From assembly GCA_034520665.1 (NCBI GenBank), contig JAXHNJ010000003.1:11057-75056 (forward strand): a DNA stretch of 64,000 bases, written 5' to 3'. This DNA is from Patescibacteria group bacterium (GTDB taxonomy: Bacteria; Patescibacteriota; Patescibacteriia; JAXHNJ01). The first letter of the stretch is position 1. The number at the start of each line of letters is the position of its first letter. A program made the translations under genes and the position numbers. Positions 38,042-46,540 of the stretch are shown piece after piece. The notes under the pieces were generated by a model, which saw only the letters and a program-made list of their open reading frames with translations, searched no databases and was not told where the DNA came from.

Positions 38042-39217
38042 TTACTTTTGGGGTGAACGCGCCCTGATTTTTTTTATCAAGTTAGGCAAAACCCTTAAAA
38101 ACTTTTCCACTTCTTCTTTGGTATTATGACGGCCTAAACTAATCCTAATAGCCCCATGACATCTACTTTCTGACAAACCCATGGCTTTCAAAACATGAGA
38201 GGATTTTAAAGAAGCTGAGGCACAAGCCGAGCCAGTGGAAACAGCCAATCCCTCTTTATCCAGCATTAAAAGTAAAGACTCCCCTTCAATATTATCAAAA
38301 GTAAAATTAATATGTCCGGGAGATCTTTTTAATAAGTCTCCGTTAAATATAGCCCCTTTAATATTTATCTTAACTTCTTTTATTATTTTCTGAGAAAAAT
38401 TAAATAACTTTTTATAATCCTTTTTCCTTTTTTTCCTCACCATTTCCAAGGCCTCCCCCAGACCAACAATTAAAGGCGTGTTAAGAGTACCGGGTCGAAC
38501 ACCATTTTCATGATGGCCACCGAAAATTATTGGCTTTAGATTAAGATTTTTTTTAAGATATAAAAGCCCCACGCCTTTTGGTCCATAAATTTTATGAGCC
38601 GATAAAGAGAGCGTGTCCACCCCTAATTTATCTACTGCCAAAGGAAAAAGAGCGGCCGCTTGAACAGCGTCAGTGTGAAATATAATTTTATTTTTTCTGG
38701 ATTTATTATTAGACTTAATTATAGCTCCGATTTTTTCAATTGGCTGTCTGGCTCCGGTTTCATTATTAATATACATTAAAGAGACTAAAAAAGTTTCTTT
38801 TCTAATAGCTTTTTTAAAGACCTTTTCATTAATTAAGCCCTTATTATTGACTGGCAAATAAGTAACTTTAAAGCCTTTTGATTCCAGGGCTTTGACTGTT
38901 TCTAATACCGCCGGATGTTCAATAGCCGTAGTAATTATATGTCCAAAATTATTCTTCCTTTTTAAAGCCACTCCTTGCAAAGCTAAATTTATGCTTTCAG
39001 TGGCTCCGGAAGTAAAATATATTTCTGCTTCCGAGCAATTTAAAAAATTAGCGGCTTGTCTTCTGGCCTTTTCAAGGCCTTGATTGGCTTTTTGTCCCGG
39101 TGAATGTAAAGAGTTAGGATTAGCAAAAATAGTCTTAAAATAAGGTCGCATAGCTTTAAAAACCAAGGGTTCTAAAGGCGTGGTAGCCGCGTGATCAAAG
39201 TATATATATTTATTCAT
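38042..39217 (-). CDS. iscS: cysteine desulfurase (IscS/NifS family)
   Basis: YFDHAATTP, HTDAVQ, SAHKIYGPKG, STGSACAS. Confidence 0.94.
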   Translation of the reverse strand: MNKYIYFDHAATTPLEPLVFKAMRPYFKTIFANPNSLHSPGQKANQGLEKARRQAANFLNCSEAEIYFTSGATESINLALQGVALKRKNNFGHIITTAIEHPAVLETVKALESKGFKVTYLPVNNKGLINEKVFKKAIRKETFLVSLMYINNETGARQPIEKIGAIIKSNNKSRKNKIIFHTDAVQAAALFPLAVDKLGVDTLSLSAHKIYGPKGVGLLYLKKNLNLKPIIFGGHHENGVRPGTLNTPLIVGLGEALEMVRKKRKKDYKKLFNFSQKIIKEVKINIKGAIFNGDLLKRSPGHINFTFDNIEGESLLLMLDKEGLAVSTGSACASASLKSSHVLKAMGLSESRCHGAIRISLGRHNTKEEVEKFLRVLPNLIKKIRARSPQK

Positions 39218-39269
39218 AAAAAAATATATTAATTAATAAGTATTTCAATTATAACTAATAAAAGCCGGG

Positions 39270-39298
39270 TTGACAAATAAGAAGATCTATTATAGAAT
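39270..39298 (+). promoter_or_regulatory. rpmA promoter
   Basis: TTGACA-17 nt-TAGAAT. Confidence 0.75.
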
Positions 39299-39315
39299 AT
39301 TAATAATTAAAACCT

Positions 39316-39423
39316 AACTAATCAACTCAACCAATTAACTAAATTAACTAATCAACTAAACAACTAATTAACCATTCAACTAAACAACTAATTAACTAAA
39401 TTAACTAATCAACTAATTAACTA
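39316..39423 (+). repeat. tandem octamer repeat (AACTAATC/AACTAATT/AACTAAAC, about 13 units) in the rpmA leader
   Basis: directly visible; contains no G. Confidence 0.9.
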
Positions 39424-39428
39424 TTTCT

Positions 39429-39710
39429 ATGGCCCATAAAAAAGCCGGCGGTTCCACTTCATTAGGCCGCGATTCAACCAGTAAAAGATTGGGGGTTAAG
39501 ATCCATCATGGCGCCTTGGCCCAGGCGGGCTCTATTATTATCCGTCAGAGAGGAACTAAATTCAGACCTGGTAAAAATGTCAAAAAAGGAGCTGATGACA
39601 CCCTTTATACCACCACCACTGGTTATGTTGAATTTATTAAACGCAAACTAAAAAGATTTGACGGTAAAATAAAACCGGCCCGTATAGTTAACATCATCCC
39701 CAAAAAATAA
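39429..39710 (+). CDS. rpmA: 50S ribosomal protein L27
   Basis: [30 protein letters not shown]. Confidence 0.98.
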   Translation: MAHKKAGGSTSLGRDSTSKRLGVKIHHGALAQAGSIIIRQRGTKFRPGKNVKKGADDTLYTTTTGYVEFIKRKLKRFDGKIKPARIVNIIPKK

Positions 39711-39752
39711 AAATCACCTGCCAATTTATTTTATATTAACAGGTGGTTTTTT
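39711..39752. terminator. bidirectional terminator between rpmA and the TrmB-like gene
   Basis: aaatcacctg...caggtggtttttt. Confidence 0.6.
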
Positions 39753-39777
39753 AATTAATAAATATTATCACAAAAAT

Positions 39778-40575
39778 TTACTCTTTGGTTATTTTAAAAA
39801 CTTGATCCTTAACTTTAGATGGATAATTTTTTGCCTGCTGCCAAACTATATCAAACTGTCCTTTCATCATTTTAGATAGTTCCTCGCTTTCTATCAAAAA
39901 ACCGTAATTTTCTTTACTTGAAGAGAGAAAGCGCACTGTACTTCCGTAAATCACATACCCGAGGGAAAAATTTACACTTTTGGGAGCAATTTTTACTTTT
40001 CTTTTGTTCTCCTTGTCTATTCCTAAAAAAGGATATTTTTTAATAGAAGGAATTTGCGAAGCTGGCCAAATAGTTTTAAGGCTGATATTTCTGGCTATCC
40101 TTTCCTGATGAAATTTAATTAAAAAGCTCTTTCCCAATATTTTTATCATTTTCATAATGGGCCAGTAAGCTCTGACTTTAATATCACGGTATAAAAGCAT
40201 ATCTTTCATCATTTGCTGCAAAGCCGATTGTCCATGATAAATTTGCAAACTCGGTTCTTTAATCGAATCATTTTTATATAACTTTTCCAAAGACTTAAAG
40301 GATTTTCTGGCTTTTTCAAATTCTTTTTCCTTTTCTGATAAAAGTATATTTAACTTTTCAGGATTCTTAACCGCATATTGGTTAACTCCAGCCTTGGGAG
40401 ACTCGAAAATTAAACCTTTATCTATCATTTTTTCTAAAAGATCATAAACAGAAGTCCGGCTGATATTAACTTTCTTGGCTAAAGTGGAAGCGGTCATTTC
40501 TCCTTCGAAGAAAAGCTTTTCAAAAAGTTCTATTTCTATTCTTCTTAAATTAAATTGTCTTAAAAATTCTTTCAT
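39778..40575 (-). CDS. TrmB-family transcriptional regulator
   Basis: N-terminal wHTH (TASTLAKKVNISRTSVYDLLEKMIDKGL), coiled coil, C-terminal effector domain ending FDIVW. Confidence 0.88.
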   Translation of the reverse strand: MKEFLRQFNLRRIEIELFEKLFFEGEMTASTLAKKVNISRTSVYDLLEKMIDKGLIFESPKAGVNQYAVKNPEKLNILLSEKEKEFEKARKSFKSLEKLYKNDSIKEPSLQIYHGQSALQQMMKDMLLYRDIKVRAYWPIMKMIKILGKSFLIKFHQERIARNISLKTIWPASQIPSIKKYPFLGIDKENKRKVKIAPKSVNFSLGYVIYGSTVRFLSSSKENYGFLIESEELSKMMKGQFDIVWQQAKNYPSKVKDQVFKITKE

Positions 40576-40653
40576 ATTGTTTACTGTTGTGGATATGTCA
40601 CGACACTGTTTACACTACTCCCCTATTACTGTAATGTCAAGGCAAAGTCTGTT

Positions 40654-41040
40654 ATGTTCTTTAAAAATGAAAGGAAAGAGATGGAAAGTAGGCCAAAGAC
40701 ACGCTCTTGGGGAAAACATAATTTTTCACGCTTTCAACATATGTGTGAATTATTCAGATGTCCGAGTTGCGATTATAATTTCGGACATCAACTCACTAAC
40801 TGTTTTCCTTATACAGTTGGTTATAGTAATAAACCAGACTACAAAAAAAACCATCGTGAACAAGGTATACTACTTTTAGAGTGCCCTCAATGTTTTGAGA
40901 TTATCTGGTTTCATTATCCAGGAGATATCTTTATCAGCTCTGTAATAAGAGAATTAAAGAAAAATCCAAAATACTTTAAAGTCGCTGGTACTAAAGAGGC
41001 TTTTCTAGTCAGTATAAAAAGGAGGAAGAAAGATGTCTGA
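40654..41040 (+). CDS. hypothetical Cys-rich (zinc-ribbon-like) protein
   Basis: CPSC and CPQC pairs; start may be ATG 40681 after AAGGAAAGAG. Confidence 0.65.
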   Translation: MFFKNERKEMESRPKTRSWGKHNFSRFQHMCELFRCPSCDYNFGHQLTNCFPYTVGYSNKPDYKKNHREQGILLLECPQCFEIIWFHYPGDIFISSVIRELKKNPKYFKVAGTKEAFLVSIKRRKKDV

Positions 41041-41215
41041 ACATAAAAAAATAGCCAAGAGATGTGAGTTTTTGGCTAAGACTAATCTAGATTTGCAACA
41101 GCAAATTATTGCACTCAATGACCGTTTCATAGAGGTCTGTAAAGATAAAATTGAACTCATTGACGAAAAAAAAGAACTGGAAGATTTGCTTAGAGAAAAA
41201 AGAGGAGGAAATTAA
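41033..41215 (+). CDS. small coiled-coil hypothetical protein
   Basis: SD AGGAGG upstream, overlaps the previous stop, followed by terminators. Confidence 0.65.
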   Translation: MSEHKKIAKRCEFLAKTNLDLQQQIIALNDRFIEVCKDKIELIDEKKELEDLLREKRGGN

Positions 41216-41284
41216 AAAAGAGCTCGGTTTTTAAGCTCAAACTAATTTTACCAGGCTGCGCTTTTTAAGCGCAGCTTTTTTTTT
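41204..41284 (+). terminator. double-hairpin terminator module, copy 1 of a direct repeat
   Basis: gagct-cggtttttt-aagctc and gctgcgctt-ttt-aagcgcagc-T8; similar to 42877-42952. Confidence 0.7.
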
Positions 41285-41889
41285 ATTTAATGAATCCTGA
41301 ATAGAAATCTGATGCTTAGACAGGTATTGAGTCTCCCGGATAATATCTGCTAAACACGCCATTTTTTGCGTAAGCGGAGATTTATTCCCGCTATTTTTAA
41401 TAAGAAATGAGTGTTTGGTAAATTGAAAAATAAAATTTATATACAAAGAATAATTTATGCCAAATTATTATTAATACCCTAAATTATACCAAAAAGAAGT
41501 TTAATTATCTTCTTAATGCTTATGTAATTATGATAAAACAGGCTCATTTAATTTTGACATCTGGAGATAAATCTCCAGCTACGCGGTTGGAGAGGTGGAG
41601 ATGGGGATCTGAACCAGAGTCGCGCTAAGCGCGACTTACTAAATAAGATATATCTGGAGATAAATCTCCAGCTACGCGATTGGAGAGGTTTGTTTACGAG
41701 TAGGTAAAAGATTTATCTCCGCTAATTTACCAAGAAGTCTGAACTTAGTAAATATATTGCCAGAACCGGTCTGGGGACCAGTTCTTCTCGCGAAAAAATC
41801 TTTTTTAAAATATCGCCATATGAATGTTGCGCCAAATTATATTTTATATTATTTAATAGCCTGGCGCCGGATTTATCCGGCGATTTATG

Positions 41890-42112
41890 TTTTGCTAATT
41901 GGTTATGGTTATAGCAGCTAGTAAGGTTTTGGTTGTGGGTTTGGAATAAAAAACCATTGACTCAGCCTAATAACCAAACTAGCGGCTCGGCCCAAAACCC
42001 TCTTTTTTGCTAATTGGTTATGGTTATAGCAGCTAGTAAGGTTTTGGTGGTGGGTTTGGAATAAAAAAACCATTGACTCAGCCTAATAACCAAACTAGCG
42101 GCTCGGCCCAAA
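41890..42112. repeat. tandem direct repeat of about 107 bp (2 copies, period 115 bp)
   Basis: 41890-41996 versus 42005-42112 differ by one substitution and one A insertion. Confidence 0.92.
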
Positions 42113-42476
42113 GCACTTTGTTTTAAGGCTAATTGGTTTATACTTGTGGAGTAATCTTTTTAAAATGTCGCCATATAAATGTTGCGCCAGGAAATAATAT
42201 TATTCTAATCTCTCTGGCGCCGGCTTCTAAGCCAGTGCTATAAGTTTGTATATTAAAAAATAGAATCTAATTACTTTCTATCGCCTAGGCAAAAGATTTA
42301 TCTCCGCGTTTAAATAAAATCGCCTAGGCAGAAATCTCTATTCCCGCTATATATTAAATATTCAAATAGTATGCTTTTGTTTAAATTTATTTTAATATCG
42401 ATAAATCAGGCGTAGAGGCGGGTCATGGCCCGCACCGCCTTATAAAACAAACTGCCAAGGAAACCCTTAAAATTAC

Positions 42477-42653
42477 CCGAGAAGCGCGGATCTCCTGATC
42501 CGCGTCACCTTATTCGGTTGGATCAGGAGATCCAACCTTCTCGAGCAAAAATAGATTATTAAATCTCTAATTCACCGAGAAGCTCTGGCCCCCAGGCCTT
42601 GAGCTTAGTAAATATATTGCCAGAACCGGTCTGGGGACCAGTTCTTTTCGCGA
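42477..42653 (+). repeat. 177-bp module of two GAAG-type REP doublets (copy 2)
   Basis: identical to 25512-25688. Confidence 0.9.
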
Positions 42654-42876
42654 AAAAACCTTTTTTAAAATATCGCCATATGAATGTTGCGCCGGGTTGT
42701 ATTTTAAATTATTAAACCTTCTGTGAACGAATTTATTCGGCGCTATGTTCTTAAAAAAAATGATACATTCTCACGCTTTCGCGTGGACACCACTTACTAT
42801 TGTTAAAGTGGAGATGGGGATCTGAACCACAGTCGCGCTAAGCGCGACTTACTAAATAAGATATAGAAAAGATCAG

Positions 42877-42952
42877 GGAGGAAATTAAAAAAGAGCTTGG
42901 TTTTTAAGCTCAAATTTTTTTCCCAAGGCTGTGGTAAACACAGCCTTTTTTT
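42877..42952. terminator. double-hairpin terminator module, copy 2; second hairpin likely terminates pyrG
   Basis: gagctt-ggttttt-aagctc and aaggctgtg-gtaaa-cacagcctt. Confidence 0.7.
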
Positions 42953-44582
42953 ATTTCTTACAAACTTGTAAAAACTCGACAAACAAAGGATGGGGATTTA
43001 AAAATTGGGATTTATACTCCGGATGAAACTGCACGCCAATAAAAAACGGATGGTCTGAAATTTCCACGGCTTCCACTAATTTACCATCCGGCGAAGTACC
43101 GGCTATGGTCAAACCTTTTTTTTCCATTTTAGCCCGGTAAGCCGTATTAAACTCATAACGGTGGCGATGACGCTCCTGAATTTTTCTTTTATTTTTATAA
43201 GCTTTAGCTAACCGAGTACCTTTGATTATTTTACAGGGCCAGTTGCCGAGACGAATGGTACCACCGTATTGCTTTTTGGCTAGATATTTTTCTTGATCAG
43301 GCATAACATGAATAATTGGATGAGGGGTTTTGGGGTCAATTTCACTGGAATTGGCCTTTTTTAGCTTTAATACATTTCTAGCAAATTCAATAACCGCCAT
43401 TTGCATACCATAACAAAGACCTAAATATGGGATAAAATTCTCGCGCACATACTTGATAGTTTTAATTTTGCCCTCTGAACCCCTTGAACCCCAGCCCTGC
43501 GGCACCACTATGCCGTCATAATTTTTTAATTTTTTCACGTTTTGCGGTTTTCTTTCAAATTCTTCGGCGTTTATCCATGTCAGTTCTAATTTAGCTGTAT
43601 TAGCCCAAGCCGCGTGCTTTAAAGACTCAATTACAGAAATATAAGAATCCGCTAAAATAAAATCTCCTACGCCAAAATATTTACCAACAATACCGATTTT
43701 TACCTTTTTTCTGGCTCGTTTTGATTTATTTATTATTTTTTGCCATTCTTTTAAATCTCCTTTTCTTGGCCTTAGACCAAAATTTTTCAGTATTTTACGG
43801 GCTACTTTTTGCTTGGAGAAATTTAAAGGAATTTCATAAATATTATCTACGTCAACCGCTGAAATAATATTTTCCGGATCAACATTACAATTAGTGGATA
43901 ATTTCTCCCGGCGAGGTTTATCAAGCGGTTTTTCGGCCCGACAAAAGAGAAAGTCTGGCTGAATACCGGCTGAATTCAAAGTGCGTACAGCGTATTGAGT
44001 CGGTTTGGTTTTCATTTCACCAATTTTACTGGGAATAGGCAGATAACTGACTAAAATATATTGGACTTGTCCCGGGTTTTTTAAATTCATCATTCTGGCT
44101 GCTTCTAAAAATAATAGATTTTGATATTCGCCAACTGTACCACCGATTTCAATAATAATAAAATCAGCTTTTGATTTACGGGCTAGTTTTTTAATGCGTC
44201 TTATTACTTCGTTGGGAATATGAGGCACTACTTCGACACATTTGCCGTTAAATTCCAGGTTTCTTTCTTTTTGGATAACCGACCTATAAACAGACCCGGT
44301 GGTCATGTAATTGTCTTTGTTTAATTCCTGGCTTAAAAATCTCTCATAATTACCGATATCCTGATCAGTTTCCAAACCATCCTGAGTAACAAAAACTTCT
44401 CCGTGCTCGGTCGGGTTCATGGTACCGGCGTCAACATTTACATAAGGATCAATTTTCATAGCTGAGACCCGATAACTTTTGCTTTTTAAGAGACGAGACA
44501 AAGAAGAAACCGCAATGCCTTTACCTAAACCGGACAAAACCCCGCCCATGACAAATATAAATTTTGTTTTAGTTTTTTTCAT
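42951..44582 (-). CDS. pyrG: CTP synthase
   Basis: GGVLSGLGKG, DPYVNVDAGTMNP, GLCYGMQ, ERHRHRYE, QFHPE. Confidence 0.98.
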   Translation of the reverse strand: MKKTKTKFIFVMGGVLSGLGKGIAVSSLSRLLKSKSYRVSAMKIDPYVNVDAGTMNPTEHGEVFVTQDGLETDQDIGNYERFLSQELNKDNYMTTGSVYRSVIQKERNLEFNGKCVEVVPHIPNEVIRRIKKLARKSKADFIIIEIGGTVGEYQNLLFLEAARMMNLKNPGQVQYILVSYLPIPSKIGEMKTKPTQYAVRTLNSAGIQPDFLFCRAEKPLDKPRREKLSTNCNVDPENIISAVDVDNIYEIPLNFSKQKVARKILKNFGLRPRKGDLKEWQKIINKSKRARKKVKIGIVGKYFGVGDFILADSYISVIESLKHAAWANTAKLELTWINAEEFERKPQNVKKLKNYDGIVVPQGWGSRGSEGKIKTIKYVRENFIPYLGLCYGMQMAVIEFARNVLKLKKANSSEIDPKTPHPIIHVMPDQEKYLAKKQYGGTIRLGNWPCKIIKGTRLAKAYKNKRKIQERHRHRYEFNTAYRAKMEKKGLTIAGTSPDGKLVEAVEISDHPFFIGVQFHPEYKSQFLNPHPLFVEFLQVCKK

Positions 44583-45019
44583 TATTTTATAGTCAGTTTT
44601 AACTTAGCTTCTTGATCAGCTAATTTAATTTTGATATTAGACTGACCGGTTTGTTTAATCGGTTTATCTAAAATAATATTTTTTTCTTTTAAATCAAGAT
44701 TGAAATTTTTCTTAATTTTTTTTAATATATCACTTTTATGTACCGCTGCAAAAAGATGACCTTCCTCATTAGACTTCATTTTTAAAGTTATTTCTTTGCT
44801 TTTGAAAGTTTCTAATATTTTTTCATTCTCTTTTTCTTGTCTTAATTTTCTTTTTTCTCTTTTTTTTGCTTTTTTCTTAGCCGTTTTAATTTTATTAGGA
44901 GTGGCTTTTTCGGCTAAATTTTTGGCGATTAAAAAATTTCGGGCGTAACCTGGAGAGACTGCCTTAACTTCACCTTTTTGGCCCAGTTTTTTTATGTCTT
45001 CTTTTAAAATAATTTTCAT
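44582..45019 (-). CDS. rplI: 50S ribosomal protein L9
   Basis: MKIILKEDIKKLGQKGEV..VSPGYARNFL. Confidence 0.95.
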   Translation of the reverse strand: MKIILKEDIKKLGQKGEVKAVSPGYARNFLIAKNLAEKATPNKIKTAKKKAKKREKRKLRQEKENEKILETFKSKEITLKMKSNEEGHLFAAVHKSDILKKIKKNFNLDLKEKNIILDKPIKQTGQSNIKIKLADQEAKLKLTIK

Positions 45020-45022
45020 AAA

Positions 45023-45298
45023 TTAATATTTTATTTTGAAATTTTGGTAATTTTTTTTATTTTCTAGATATTTTTTATCAATATTTTGTATTTGTCCTGG
45101 TGTCCGGCCACTTTTTAGCCAAGAAAAAAAATCTTCTAGTTTATTTTCAGAGCCAACCACTATTATTTCCACCCGGCCGTCATTAGTATTTCTGACATAG
45201 CCTTTTAAATCTAAATCTCTGGCTACTTGTTTTATATTATAACGCATATTCACCCCTTGAACAAGGCCTTCAAGCATAATTTTAACTCTTTTAATCAT
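45023..45298 (-). CDS. acyP: acylphosphatase
   Basis: GLVQGVNMR, GYVRNTNDGRVE. Confidence 0.92.
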   Translation of the reverse strand: MIKRVKIMLEGLVQGVNMRYNIKQVARDLDLKGYVRNTNDGRVEIIVVGSENKLEDFFSWLKSGRTPGQIQNIDKKYLENKKNYQNFKIKY

Positions 45299-45301
45299 TT
45301 A

Positions 45302-46540
45302 TTACCTCTGGTTTATTTCTTCTTTTATCAATTCTAAAGCTTTATCAAACTGGGGGTCTTTGTCATTATCAAAATCTTCCTGGGTTAGCTCTACTTCAAC
45401 ATCCGGAGTAATCCCTTTTTCATTAATATTATGTCCTTTAGGGGTAAGCCATTTAGCGGTGGTTAATTTAAGAGAAGAGCCGTCAGAAAATTGTTCATAC
45501 TCCTGGACTGAACCCTTACCAAAAGAGGTTTCACCGACAAGGGTGGCCTGATTATAATCTTTTAAAGCACCGGCTACAATTTCAGAGGCAGAAGCACTTC
45601 CTTCATTAATAATTACCGTCATCGGATAGCCTTGTAATTTAGCTTCCCCCTTAGCTTGGTACTCGGTAATATTCTCCTCAGAAAATTTTTCTTTAACAAT
45701 AACTCCCTCTTCTATAAAAAGCGAAGCTACTTTTATAGAGGTTTCTAAATAGCCTCCTGAATTGTTCCGCAAATCTAAAATGATACCTTGAACATCTTTA
45801 AGTAAAAAATCATTAGTGGCTTGGTCAAGTAAATTCATAGTGTCATCAGTAAAACTTGATATTTCTAAATAACCAATTTTTTTATCTTGGCTGGTAATAA
45901 TACTCCAATCAACACTTTTTATGTTAATTTTATCTCTGGTTATTTTTATATCTTTAAGCTCTTCCAATCCCTCCCTGGCCACAGTCAAAGTAACGGCCGT
46001 ATCCTTTTCCCCTCTGATTAAAGAAACCGCGTAATCCAAACTCATATTAGTCGTTTCTTGCCCGTCTATTTTAATAATTTTATCTTTGGCCTGTAAACCA
46101 GCTTTCTTAGCCGGTGAACCCTCTAGAGGAGCGATAACCTGCAGCTGATTATTTTTGATACCAATTTCAGCGCCAATACCCTCAAAACTGCCCTCAATTT
46201 CATTCAAAAAGACTTTTGATAGCTCAGGATTAAGAAAAGTGGAATAAGGGTCTTCCAGGCTGTTTACTAGGCCAGAAATAGCCCCATAAAGCATTTTTTG
46301 TTTATCAAGAGAACCATTAACATAATTTTCTTCAATGGCATGCCAAACCTTATTAAAAAGTATATAATTAACTGAGGAATTATTATCTGACAACAGACTT
46401 AAAGCCTCTTTTAAGGAAACATTTTTTTGCCAGGAAGAATTAGAGGAAAAACCCAATAAAAAACCGCCAATAAAAGCAGCCAGGATAAAAAAAACAACTA
46501 GAGTAATTAAATATTTTCTTTTACCAGTTTTATTATTCAT
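45302..46540 (-). CDS. ctpA: S41 C-terminal processing protease with PDZ domain
   Basis: DPYS, GIGAEI, DLRNNSGG, SASASEI, SFGKGSVQ. Confidence 0.93.
   Translation of the reverse strand: MNNKTGKRKYLITLVVFFILAAFIGGFLLGFSSNSSWQKNVSLKEALSLLSDNNSSVNYILFNKVWHAIEENYVNGSLDKQKMLYGAISGLVNSLEDPYSTFLNPELSKVFLNEIEGSFEGIGAEIGIKNNQLQVIAPLEGSPAKKAGLQAKDKIIKIDGQETTNMSLDYAVSLIRGEKDTAVTLTVAREGLEELKDIKITRDKINIKSVDWSIITSQDKKIGYLEISSFTDDTMNLLDQATNDFLLKDVQGIILDLRNNSGGYLETSIKVASLFIEEGVIVKEKFSEENITEYQAKGEAKLQGYPMTVIINEGSASASEIVAGALKDYNQATLVGETSFGKGSVQEYEQFSDGSSLKLTTAKWLTPKGHNINEKGITPDVEVELTQEDFDNDKDPQFDKALELIKEEINQR

Larger units (their letters stand above)
41370..42865. repeat. mosaic REP/REPIN array of several palindrome families
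   Basis: GTAG-type REPs at 41370, 41561, 41654, 41700, 42285, 42324; GTCGCGC-TAA-GCGCGAC 58-bp module at 41595-41652 and 42808-42865; GAAG doublets at 41722-41793 and 42477-42653; CGCCGGATTTATCCGGCG-type pairs at about 41801, 42158 and 42661; 107-bp tandem repeat; GTAGA..GCGGGTCATGGCCCGC at 42412. Confidence 0.88.

Noticed and set aside
41890-42112. CRISPR or integron attC interpretation of the tandem repeat
   Set aside because: The unit is too long for a CRISPR repeat and has only an 8-nt spacer; no RYYYAAC/GTTRRRY ends, cassette ORFs or integrase were seen.
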